Below are positions 41,202 to 53,422 of a stretch of DNA of 64,000 bases, piece by piece. The DNA comes from Tubulanus polymorphus (Eukaryota > Animalia > Nemertea): positions 30,476,150-30,540,149 of the forward strand of contig NC_134026.1 of NCBI RefSeq assembly GCF_964204645.1, written 5' to 3'. Each line of letters opens with the position of its first letter. Position 1 is the stretch's first letter. The notes under the pieces were generated by a model. That model was not told the DNA's origin and searched no databases. It saw only the letters and a list, made by a program, of their open reading frames with translations. Both the position numbers and the translations under genes were made by a program.

Positions 41202-42064
41202 CAGTTTGTTTTTGTGCCATTTTTAGAGTCTGTTCTATTAAAAGGGGGCGTCCAGGAAAATATCTAATACCATATTTCTAAACACTGAAGAATGTGACTA
41301 AACAATGCAGTTAATACTGCAATACCGCAATATTTGTTTCATTCGACTGATTTCTTAGGTTTTAGGGCCGGTTTCATAGACCAGTTACCCCTTATGAGTA
41401 ATTATGGTAATAACTGACAAATTTCATAATGTTCCCCAGGATTGTTATGCCAAAAAATCTATAAAACTCGTTCCATGTGTCGAAATTCATCTCTTCAATT
41501 ATGCTACTACATTGTAATTGATTTATTCAGTGGTTAGAAATATTCTATTGTTTTTTCCCTGGACACCCAGTATAGGTATGGTATATAGGACGTATATACG
41601 CAATGCTTAACGATCATGGAGTAGTTATAATATCTAGTCACTGTTGCTTTACTTTTCAATGCTCTATTCCTTTCTCTATATGACTGGATCATTGATGCAA
41701 ATCTTCACACGCCGCTGTATGACCTCAGTTTATGTGACTTCGATAATAAAGTCGTCAACATTGGTATTAATATTATTACGATTATTATGATCCGATATCC
41801 TATGCAAACGTATAACAACATATGCTTTTGGGGAAAAGATCGTAAATTCAATGTCACATTTTCAGTATATACAATGATCAGTGTAAATTATGCATTTAAC
41901 TCTCAATTCCTACAATCTGTACGTATGATCAATGTTCTTACTGTGTGGCTTTTGGATCATGATGACAAATAACTAAACATTGAGTTGTATATTCGCGATA
42001 AAATGCTTCAGGGTTTGTAGCTAGGATCGGCCCTGATTAGTGCTTAATTTTCAGGTAAAATCCT

Positions 42065-42161
42065 GGATCCAGTTCCACAGTTCCGAGTTAAGATTTGACT
42101 CTGAGTTAACTCATTGTTAATGAACTAACTAACTCTAACTCACAACTGTGGAACTGTGTCC
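42065..42161. mobile_element. MITE of the CAGTTCCACAGTT family, in probable ZSWIM 3'UTR
   Basis: Near-identical to 10035-10144 (TTAAGATTTGACTCTGAGTT.ACTCATTG..AATGAACTAACT). Confidence 0.75.
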
Positions 42162-42606
42162 TGTCTGTCACAATTGATAATGTATGGGTTCACTCGAGTC
42201 AATGACCGCTTTCAAAATAGAGGTGAAATTTGATTGCAAACGCATTTTCTTACTGGGTATTTCATGGCTTAATCATTTATTAAGAAATATGCTGCAGGGA
42301 CTCTTCTTCAGATTAAAAAAATTGCGCTTTGCTTACTTCAAAGCCTCAGTCCGACCGCTACAAACCCTGTCATTGGTTCTAAAAGAAGAGCGTTTGTAGA
42401 AGAGCATTTCATTTTATAGAATCCACCAATGATTGAATGAATACATATTTCTACCTCAGACAAATATATGAATATTCCATTGATGATAATTCAACTAACA
42501 AGCCGGACTTGTGTGAAGTGGAATGCTATATAATTTGTGCAATATATTATTATCGAAAGTCCGATGATTTGAGCGTCTAAATAATAAAGCGTGCGAGGTT
42601 CTCCTG

Positions 42607-42608
<2 letters not shown>

Positions 42609-42669
<61 letters not shown>
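42609..42669. repeat. (AT)n microsatellite, ~30 units
   Basis: Uninterrupted AT run. Confidence 0.97.
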
Positions 42670-42670
<1 letters not shown>

Positions 42671-44877
42671 CTCTGAGAATTCGTATCTCGATAGTAATAA
42701 TCATATATATAATTTATATATGAATACGTCTGTCGAGTACGCGGTGAACTCCTCGGAATTTAAAACGAAGAAAAAACAAATGATTTATTTGCAAAAACGG
42801 GCAAGAAAGTAGATAACTGCTTTTTATAATAGAATGATGGGATGATGATGGATATGTATGAGACCGATGTATATTGTAAACTCCTATAGACTCACTAGAT
42901 CTGCTTTATCCACTGATCTAGTGATGATGTCAATGATGTGTTGTTGTACAGAATGATCAAATCAAAAAATTAGATTATTATTTTATATCAGATTTTGTAT
43001 GATTTTATTACGACGATTAAGACTACCGTGGTTCCGATTAAATGTTGAAATCAATCGGACTGGTTTATGATGATAATGCTGTGTTTTTTGATAATGAAAG
43101 CATGATGATGAGTGTTGTACAAATTTCATTATTGTAAATGATATGTTTGAGGGATTTTGAAAACTTTTTCATTCAGTTGCTCGAAAGTTGACTCGAGTTC
43201 ATGGATAAAGATAACTCCATAGTTTCCACTGTATTCAATCATGCGATGATTAATTTAAACCAACTTTTGAACAACTGGCCTCTGAAATAAAAGTTTTTAC
43301 CAAATCTCCTTTTATATTAATATTTACTATCTGTTTTTGTGGCCATGGTGTTATGTATTATGGTATAAGGCTCTGTTGTCAATTACTGTTAGTGACTTCT
43401 AGCGGGCCTAACGTAAAAGTAGGTCTGGATTTCCGGGTTTATTTTGTTGGTTATTGGTTGAGTATCCAATATTTATATATTTATATCTAAGTAATTTTAT
43501 ACATGTCTGTGTTGCATGATGCACTCATGTTTTATAATGTATTGAGAGTTGTCTTTATTTACTTCATACAAATCTCAATCCGCCGCGAATACTGGAATCA
43601 GGAATCATACTTTCCATGATTGAAGTAGATTTGCATCTATGAGGAGGATTCGTGAAATTTTCCATTCCTCTCCTATGTAATAATGCTTAAAATTGCATAC
43701 CTGGGGGGTTGTGTATTTTATGAATGCTTCTATATTTTTAAAATATTACTGTACTTCATGTTTCAATGTGAAGTAATGTTTGGCGACTGATTGAGAATTT
43801 GTTGATTCCAGTGATTTTTTCATTGACTAAAAATTGAAAATTTACAGTTGACCATTGAGTTTTTTTTCTTACAAAATTCAGATTGAAAATGAAGTGAATG
43901 AAGACAGAGCTGTTTATATATTTAATACCTTTCTTCGAGTGAGTGAGCAAGTGAGTCCAGTACATGCTGTTTGTATTCAGGATGATAGATGCTCCAAAAC
44001 CTGACTGACAGTGACCAATGAATGTCACAGTTGAGTAAAGTTATTTCAACCCAAAGACTATTTATTCCAACTATACACACCTCATAGACTACTATTTGAG
44101 AGTAGTTCCTACTCTTTTTAAGACCTCGACTTAATTACCAAAAAGATCAAAACAATCCTCAAATCAGATAATTTTAAGTTCTTTTTCAATTGAACTTTGA
44201 AATTACTCTCATTTTTGGTAAAATCTGTTACAATACTTGCTTTTCACCTCATTGAACTCTACATGAGAATTCAGGCCATTTACACGCAACTCGGTAAGAC
44301 TAAAGGCAAAATCTAAAAATAATGACTTCTAGTGTTAAAAGCCATTAGGTGTGGAATCTTTTGTTCTTTCTAATTTACCCCACATGCTTCTTGAACATGT
44401 TGTTTATTCTGTATGTAAAAGTCTAAGTATTGAATTACTTACATTCACCAGTGAATAGGTAATCTCTCAAAAAACCTTTCTGTTTATCTCTAGTGATGTA
44501 TATTGGCTTAAATTAGTCTCTTCTTTCGCAGGTTAAAAACACTTACAGCATCTCGGCGCAGTTTAAGTGTCCTATCTTACTAAATATCCTTAAATCCTCC
44601 TATCATAGTACTTATTGTTTTACGCAATAAACAAATTGTCTATACGAGCATTTTAAACTGAATTGTCTTATCTTAACAATACTTGCTTAGGTTAAGGGAG
44701 AGAGATTTGAGTGAAATTTAACTATTACCGAGATGTCAATTTACTACTGAAGGTACTCGGGGTTAAGTAGCTTTACAACTTAAAATCTACCCAGGGTTTT
44801 ACTAACGGTTAACATGGTCTCTAAACTTTACTCAGGTTTATGGAGTTTAAGATATATAAACTAGGATAAGCCCATTA

Positions 44878-45014
44878 CAGTCGGACTCGCTAAGTCATCT
44901 CTATGTTTCAGTCTCAATTTGTATTTCCAATTTGAAATATTTAAGTGTAAGTCATTTGGAAAAGTCATTGCCGTGATGCTCATCCCAATTATGAAGACTT
45001 AGCGAGTTGCACTG
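44878..45014. mobile_element. Tc1/mariner-pogo (Tigger-like) MITE, 137 bp
   Basis: TA-CAGTCGGACTCGCTAAGTC ... GACTTAGCGAGTTGCACTG-TA. Confidence 0.75.
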
Positions 45015-46142
45015 TATACAGCTTACTAGAGATCTGAATACACAACTGATACCACTGAGAAGAAAGGTCCATATATAAATACAGCTCGGTATCTTACCCT
45101 CTCATCTTGTATTTTTGTTTTTATTTGATTACATTATAGATTTTGATTTTGGCCAGGATGGTTATAAATGTCTCAATTGGTATTTCATTTTTTCAAGTTT
45201 TTACTTCAATATTACAATTATGTAATTCATTTTTGAAAAGTGCTAATAATATCAGTCATCGTGTATATGTTTCTCCACCTGAGCCTCATCAAACGTGTTA
45301 ATTTTAACGAGTTGGACTTTCAGCGTCCACAATACAAATTGTATCTTTTTGTTATTTATAAATCGTCAAATTATATATCTATAGTATATAAATATATAAT
45401 AAAGAATTTTATGAGACCTGATTTACATAAAAATGCGACCCATGTGAAGTTTGAATGGTAAATAAATGTGAATGTAAAAATACCCTAAATAATTGGTTCT
45501 TTCCGGAGTTGTCCGTGTTTCGGGTGTGGTCCGTTATTGTCTTTCCCAGAGTTATCTGATATACCCGGTAGGCTGTGATTATCGGAGTTGTCCGTATTTG
45601 TTGTAAATGTCCGTTATAGTCTAAGTTGCCCATCATTATCGGAGTGCCCCATTATTGCCAGAGTTACCCTTATTGACGGAGTAGGTCGTTATTGCCGGAG
45701 ATGCCCTATTGCCGGAGTTGTTGCGGTTGCTGAATACCATGTGAAAAAAAGTTCAGCAGCGGCAGAGTTCATGGGAAAAGATCAGTCAGTAAGATACTGA
45801 CTGACTTTCCTTTACACCGACGTATCTAACGCAGTTATTTTCGTTTACTTCGTGCTCCTTTTGTTTTCTACCTGCGGATACAACACACAAACCAGTAATT
45901 ACCCGGGTTCCGGGGGCCACAGTCGCTCATAGTTTCGTTCAAGATGACGATCGAAACGGATAAATATCTAGACTACGAGATCTAGCGGTTTTGATTTAAT
46001 CAATATTTGAACAACTGACCTCTCGTACAGATCATATTGACCGATAGTAAACTGTAAGTTAAAAAGTCATATTGACTGCTGTGTGACGGTCAATATGACG
46101 TATGTGATTGATAGGAATCGACACGCTATACTAATCTATATT

Positions 46143-46374
46143 ATGGAACCTCGTTCGAACGCCGAACTTCAGGAGTACAGAAAATCTGTATAACGGACAG
46201 TTCTATGTACAGTGGCCGAACCTCGATACAACGAACTTCAGGGGACAAGAAAATGTTCATTGTAACCGGCAGTTTGTTATATCCAAAATAAGATTACTAA
46301 AATTGTCGTATTTAGGACAATATTCTAGATTAGTTGAAACCATAAGTAAGTCGTTGTAACGAGGTTCCAGTGTA
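46143..46374. mobile_element. Tc1/mariner-pogo-type MITE with duplicated left end
   Basis: Two GAACCTCG..AACG..AACTTCAGG copies and right end GTTGTAACGAGGTTCCAGTGTA. Confidence 0.65.
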
Positions 46375-47382
46375 GTACCAAGTTTGGTCATTTCTGTCCT
46401 AGGAAAAACAGCTTAAATCGCTAAAAATTCAAATCTTACGTCAAAATATGTTTTATTGCCAATTGATACAAACACCATCCAATCACCAATCAATACGCCA
46501 AAAAACACAATCACAGAATATATGTATACATTCACAGAAAAATCCTGATGATGAACGTGTTGATTTTCATATAAAAAGAAGCCGACATTTACTGGGAAAA
46601 AGGATCAGTCATTGCACGAGGAAGCAGTATATTCAGTTGAGGGATGATTTACCTATGAGTTTTACATCATTTTCACGACTGTAAACTTCTTATTGAACGA
46701 GTTTAAATACTTCGTTTCGATGAGTTATAGATAAAATAAGTTCTTCAGATGAGGAACTTATGATTGAAGTGCACTTGTCGATTGAGCCATTGCCCGAAAA
46801 GATGAGATCAACTTCATTCCCTCATATCGTCTTATATATAATTGTTCAAAGACCTGTATGTATTGATAGTGGTTGTCTATATATTGAAGGACCTGTTCAG
46901 GAAAAATGTTATCCTTCCAGGTGATGGAATACTAGAATACTAGCGAAAATATGTGAATATCATCTAGGAGGAAAACAGGATGGTTAAAAATCTATAGCTT
47001 TATACATTATAGCATATGCAAGTATGTGAAGGGACGAAATGTAGGCGCCTTTAAGCTGAGTTGATCCGAAATGTACCATCGAATTTAACTAAATCTTTAA
47101 ATATCATTGATTCCTGCAGATGCGAGCAGCGCTATCTGTAAAAACTTTACGTAACTCAAGATGTTGTGTATATTTAGTGGAAAGTAACCGTAGAAAGTGA
47201 ATGAAAACCGAAACACGATAACCTTTGATTTTATCTCAAAATTCCCTCGATATCCGTCATCAAAAACCTCTCTTTACCGACACCAGTAATGTTGATTCTC
47301 TATTGGAAGTTAATGCGAATTTCCTGAAGATCAGCGTCGATTGTCTTATTGTACAAATAAACTCGAAATCCCACTGAACTTA

Positions 47383-47602
47383 GGCTACAAAAATTTGATA
47401 CCTTGTTTCTCCACTCTGCTGAGCTTAAATGTTCACCCGGCCGGCCGTCTATCTACCCTATACATTACTTTTTTTTAAATCGTGATCAATTTTACCATAA
47501 CAGACCCGGCCGCTATAGAAATGAACTGTTTATAAATTTTATCATATTTTACAAAAATGACCCGGCCGCTGCGGAGAAACAAGGTATCATTTTTGTTTAG
47601 CC
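47383..47602. mobile_element. PIF/Harbinger (Tourist-like) MITE, 220 bp
   Basis: TTA-GGCTACAAAAATTTGATACCTTGTTTCTCC ... GGAGAAACAAGGTATCATTTTTGTTTAGCC-TTA; TTA TSD; three internal CCCGGCCG motifs. Confidence 0.8.
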
Positions 47603-48013
47603 TTATCGGTGATATTTTAGAAACTTCACAGTCGGGTTAGAATTGAAGTAAATTACAAATACATTTACAGACAGTCCATTCCTGATAATGTACGAGATAG
47701 TAAATTGTTCCTTACTCAGCACCGGTCAAATCGGTGAAATTTACAAAAATCTATTTGGTAAATTATTTTATTTCGCTGATTCACAACTCGGTATCGGCCG
47801 GCCCAGCACTACCGAGTAAGAGCAGTTTATACGTCCATGCTCACACGCAGTCAGTCATCGGACTTAAGTTACGTTACGTGATTTTTGAGCAGAAAAGACG
47901 CACACTTTATACGCGGAAAACATTTCAAGCTTAAGGAATTTAAATGATAAAAGGAGATCGATTAGAATGCGAACACTTTTCGGAGAGGGGGGTCTGTGAA
48001 CAGTGTTTATATA

Positions 48014-48799
48014 TCACAGAGCAGTGACTCGTTCCATGTGTAACAGCACATCACTCGAATCATTCTCATCTTCCGATATAAACGTCACTCTTTCGCCTTC
48101 TTTATTTAATCCGTGTTTTTCTAATTCTTTCATACAATGAGATCCGACCCAAACCCAAACTTTCTCCGACGAAACGTACACTGGAACTTTAGGCGATTCG
48201 CTGCCCTTCGTCCGACTGTTGGGCAGTGTTAATCTCGACGCGGCACCCGGACGAGTCGCTTTAGGAGCGGGGAATACGAACACATTTTCTGATGAGGTTG
48301 TCGGTTGCGGGGACGGCACTGATAACCGATGCATCGGTCGGATTCGATTGTCTTGTCGGCGGTAATATTTACCGAGGCTGGTTTCTGAATTCTCGGAAGA
48401 CGAAGATGAAGAAGATGGCGGGCGAGGTATCTCATCGTCATCTATAATCTCAGACTCTCTTCCTCTCCGCGCGTTGTATAATTGTTCCCATTCTTTTAAT
48501 CGTTGCTTCATCGCCTTTTTAGCCCATTGTTTATCGGCGCGAAGCCGCGCTTTCGGAAGCCCTTTCAGATATATAGCCACCTGATGATCGTAAATCGTGT
48601 GCAGATCGTGTCTTTTTCGCATGTAAGAAAATAACAATAAAACCATCGACATTCCGTATACGAAGACGACAGTCACGGTGAAATAAAGCGCTCCTTTAGC
48701 GTCATAATCATCTGTAGGTTTTTGTGTAGTATTTAATAGAAGTGTCTCCTGCGTGAACGAGTGATATACAATCTCATCTGATAATCCATCAACCTCCAT
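48014..48799 (-). CDS. Uncharacterised single-pass membrane protein (~261 aa) with KCNE-like transmembrane segment and long disordered C-terminal tail
   Basis: 279-codon non-repetitive ORF; likely start MEVDG at 48799 after a putative 5'UTR intron (GTAAGT at 48946, AG at 48810-48809), otherwise 48853. N-glycosylation sequon NTT, hydrophobic helix ALYFTVTVVFVYGMSMVLLLF, then basic SYMRKRH. Confidence 0.75.
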   Translation of the reverse strand: MEVDGLSDEIVYHSFTQETLLLNTTQKPTDDYDAKGALYFTVTVVFVYGMSMVLLLFSYMRKRHDLHTIYDHQVAIYLKGLPKARLRADKQWAKKAMKQRLKEWEQLYNARRGRESEIIDDDEIPRPPSSSSSSSENSETSLGKYYRRQDNRIRPMHRLSVPSPQPTTSSENVFVFPAPKATRPGAASRLTLPNSRTKGSESPKVPVYVSSEKVWVWVGSHCMKELEKHGLNKEGERVTFISEDENDSSDVLLHMERVTAL

Positions 48800-50254
48800 T
48801 TGCAACCGCTGCACGTAAATCACTCGCAAATTTAGAGGCAATTTCCTCCTCATAATTCACGTTCGATTAATGAAATTAAAATCGTTCCGATATTTGCTTC
48901 AAATCGCTTCAAATCTTTAATGCTTAATCCAAAAAAGCAAACTTACTTTCTCCTACGCCGGTGGAATCGCAGCACAGAACACTAAAACATTAATCCGTAA
49001 TGCTATTTCATGACCTTTGTCCATTTGTAGTTTGAATTGTGCATCGAATTCTAATATTCCAGGTTAGAAATATTCCCACGCTCGCCGCTCTGGAGTTATA
49101 TTCCATAAGATCAAATCGTTTACTAGCGGTATTTCTTAAAACTGGAAAAACTATTTATGACAACTTGACTTGACGCGCCTGGACAAATGCCGTTTGACCT
49201 GCCCATGCGACAGTACACAGTACTGTGTCAGTTAATCCTCAAAACAAGTAGAGCGCTAAAAGTGAATATTATTTGATAAATTAGTCGAACAAAGGGTTAT
49301 TATCAATAAGCGGTCACTCACTATTGTCTGATAAATAAAAGGACCAGAATTTGTACTAACCTTTAATACACTGGGCGCATTTAGTGATTTATTAGTTAGT
49401 CAGGAGCGAACAATAGATGATATATAGACGTGTTGTTTCTTCCTGAAATACCTATAGAGTAATAACCAGCAGCACCAGTAGCAGCACCAGCACTACCCCA
49501 GCACCAGCTCGTTATTCCATCCATCAGTAAACTGGTATTTATCTGTATGCGAATGTTAAACCTTCCGGGGAGAGAATATGTTTTTCTGTGGTTCAGATTT
49601 TTTCCACCATACCCAGCTGTTATATGGGATATATTACGATACAATTTCTATCTTCCGATTATACGAATATAAGGCGACACACAGTTGTGACTTTCGTGAC
49701 TCCTCCGCATGAAAACACTGAAAATGTCCGGGATTTAGTTTGCAATTTAGTCATAAGGTGATTTCAACAGATTTTAAACAAGAACTATGGAATTGGTCCT
49801 AGGACTATTGATAAAAAGCTCGCGTCCAAGAATAACTAGGTATGAAATTGCTCTTTTTATCCTATCATGTTGAACTTAATTTGAAAAGCCGGGACTCGGA
49901 CGCCGGTGGAACACGCAGCGCCAAAATTCATTTCTTGGACTCATTCGTTTCGGGAAGCCGAGGTCCGATCAAAAATGAATTAGAGCTACCGATTATCATG
50001 TTGATAAGTTAAAACTCAGAAGCATGGAACTTCTCCGCCGCTGACAACCGGCGCCATCCCGTATCCCGCAGTAGCCAGCCGTGGCAAGTGAAGGATGCAC
50101 CGCATCACTTAATAGATTGTGTCGCCATCTCTCGTAAGATACAAGAAGCAGAAATCAATGTAAAGATGCAGCGCTCGCGAGCGAGTTGGTGAGTTGTGTC
50201 ATTAGTTGTGTGTTGGAAGTTGTTGCTGTACGTGCACATGTTTCAGGATGCTGA

Positions 50255-53200
50255 ATGAAGATGGATAAATCTCGGATTGTTATATTATCATGGTTTCTGG
50301 TTTTAGGCGCAGTAACAGCATACAGCGGTCAGTACTTATTAATTATCTGTTTACATCCAGTGTCATTTAGTTACAGAAGAATTGATGATTGATTTGTTTG
50401 TGCTGTCAGTCACTGCTGCTGCCGATGATAATGCTTTTTAGGAGTGACAGCAACTTAGATCACCTGTCTATGTAAGAATATTGTTGTTGAAAATGAAAAT
50501 GTTTCCTTTGTGGTGAATCAGTTTTTAGAGTCTTTTTAGTTTTTTCAAAAAAAAAAAACTTGTGCATGTCAATACTGTACAGTCAGAATATGTACCGGTG
50601 GTAGTTGACTCCACTGAATTCAGGTAATTTGGGATCAACGAAATTTATCCAGTTTATGAGAAATCCTGTATGTTACATATTTTTCATTCACTATACACTA
50701 CATATTTTAGATTAATGATCCAGATCCAACTGAACCATATAGCGGGGCCTTGTATTGTTAGATATTTTGATTGTTAATTTTTAATCAAATTGTCAGTTGA
50801 AACGTGACCAATGTCTACCAAAAATTTGAATATGAATTTGATGATTTTCTGGTTTCTTTATTCAGAATTAGGTCAGTCTGATGGGAGGAGAGGGAGAATC
50901 ATTATGTAAGGTTACATTTGAAGATCAAGTTGAATGATGTCATCATGTATGATGATGATGATGATGGTGTCATTTTTAGCGATAATCTCTTTGTTTGAGA
51001 AAGGGATGGAGAGGGGGGTTAGACCAGGGAGCGGGAGGGGGTTTAGATCAGGGAGCGGAGCAGGGGAGCAGGATGGTGGTTTTATCAGATTTCAAAGATG
51101 ATTCAAATAATTCATGTACGGTTCAATAAGATGAGGATGTGTTGTGTTATTACGCAGTTTTTGACAACAGAAATGATTTAGTGAAGCATATAAAACGCGG
51201 ATCTACATTAGGGGCGAAGAAACGTTATAAATTATACGAGCCTCGACTGCTTCAGATAAAAATCTTAAAACTGATTATTTACAGTATACTGAATTCATTA
51301 ATGTAATCGCTCGTCTGGGAGTTATTTACATAATTTCATCTGTTTTTTTTAATGATATCGACGGTTGGTTCTTGTTTCAGTAATTGTTTGTTAGATAAGA
51401 ATATTAATATCATCGAGCCTAATTAAAGAGACAATCTTTCAGATGCGCTGGATATATCTGCTCGGTAGACCCTACAGGGAATTAAAATAAATTAGGGAGA
51501 AGTCGCTGAAGGCGCTATATAAAAAACACTTCAGAAAGAATTTCTCTCTGAAGAGCGAGAGAGAAAAAGAAAGAGGGAGAATGTTTTTATTTTAGTTTCT
51601 CCTCTAGGCAGCCAGTCTGGCAGCTGCAGAGGCTGGTATTCATCCAGAAACTTGCATAATTAAATCATTCTTATTGATAATTGATACTGATTGGTGGTTT
51701 ATTAGAAAACTAGGTCCTTAACACTAACGTCTGTATATGGGTTCATTGATTTGGAACATTATCAAAAAAATTCTAAACACTAGTCTTTATCACACGCGGA
51801 GGCAATAGCAAGACCTATATTCATTCTGGCTTTACAGAGAAAAATTTACTTCATTTGTGTAGAAGGCATCTGAGTGATTTAATAATTATAAAAAAATACA
51901 TTAGCATTCACACATTCACAGATGGTTTGACGTTTTTATTTGAATTACTTCTGATTGTAGAAAATAGAGACGACGAAAGGCGGGCGGGTATTGAGATATT
52001 TTTAAACCAGTAACTAGTATAGTGCTGGTAGTATGAATGTGTGTGGAGCTGCTGCACATGTCAGTTTACAACAAGTAGTAATTCATGTTTTCCTAGATCT
52101 GCATCAATCAAAGTAATTTTGCCACGAACTTTCATTCATCATCGAATAGTTATTCATATTCTTGGCTCGAGAATGTAAAAATCATGTTATATCCAATCTG
52201 CCTCCCATGTGCTGCTGCTGCTGGTGCTGCCTCATAAAATCTGACTCATTTTTGGGTTCATCTGGAGAATAAGATTTAGATTTCATGTTTTCTAGAGACT
52301 TGCCACTGATAATCATCGAATACCGATATTTGACCCCTGCACCGCGGCAACCAGTTGGGGTTTTACTGACTAATCGAGTCCGAAATATTTTTTTCCTATG
52401 TTTCAATAGTTTTATGCAGTTTGTATTGCGTGAATGAAGGAAGCTGGGTAGTTGTACCGCTGTATTGGAACTAACACTAGTTTGTTGCGTAGTGTATTAT
52501 TTATTAGATTCTGTCACTAGTAAATCCCACTTCATCTTTACACTATTTGCCGGTAATGGATTGGACTGTCAAAATTGTCACCTATCAGTGATAACAATTT
52601 CACGAACTGATAATGATTTTAGTTTTTCTTCCATCAGACCAACCACAGTTTAACATTCAGCTTTATGATCAAATAATGAACTTATTTGAAGTGAAACTTG
52701 ACTCAAAACTGGGTCTAAAAATCTGTTTGTGAAAATATCACCAGTCCCTTCATTACTTTATCAAATAATCAAAGATCATATGATGATCCTTACAAGGTGT
52801 CCTCGTGAGGGGTAGGTCCAACCGGTAATGTGACACATACTATAGAATTTTATGCTGTATTTATAGAGGATTGAACAGTTACAGTTAAACGCTCAATATA
52901 ATAGTTCAGGCAGTTCCACATTGTGTGAAGTCTAACAAATCAATATAACCGATAATCTTATTCACGACACAAGGAACTTTTGAATTGTGAATTTAAATCC
53001 GAGGTTTCTTTAAGAGCTTATAGTACAGATTTTGTTACGTAACAGTTAATAATGTACAGTGTAAGAAGCCTAATGAATATGTATATGAAGGGATTTAGAA
53101 TGTAAACCGTTATGCCCTGTTTCTAATGTCTCATTGCGATCTTCTCTCTTACATGATTATGTAATTTGTCTACTTGAGTCAAGCTTTTCAATGCTGCCAT

Positions 53201-53387
53201 GATATTATCATGTAGACTGTGTAATTCCCTGGTCGGATTGTGACTAATAGTTCACTGCAACAGCTTGATTAGTTTTCACTGTCACATCGATGATACTGTA
53301 TTCCTATCATGCTGCATGTTGCATACATGATTATTCCACCTGAATTCATCATCTTCCGTCTTTTTTTAACCGGACTCGTATTAACTA

Positions 53388-53422
<35 letters not shown>

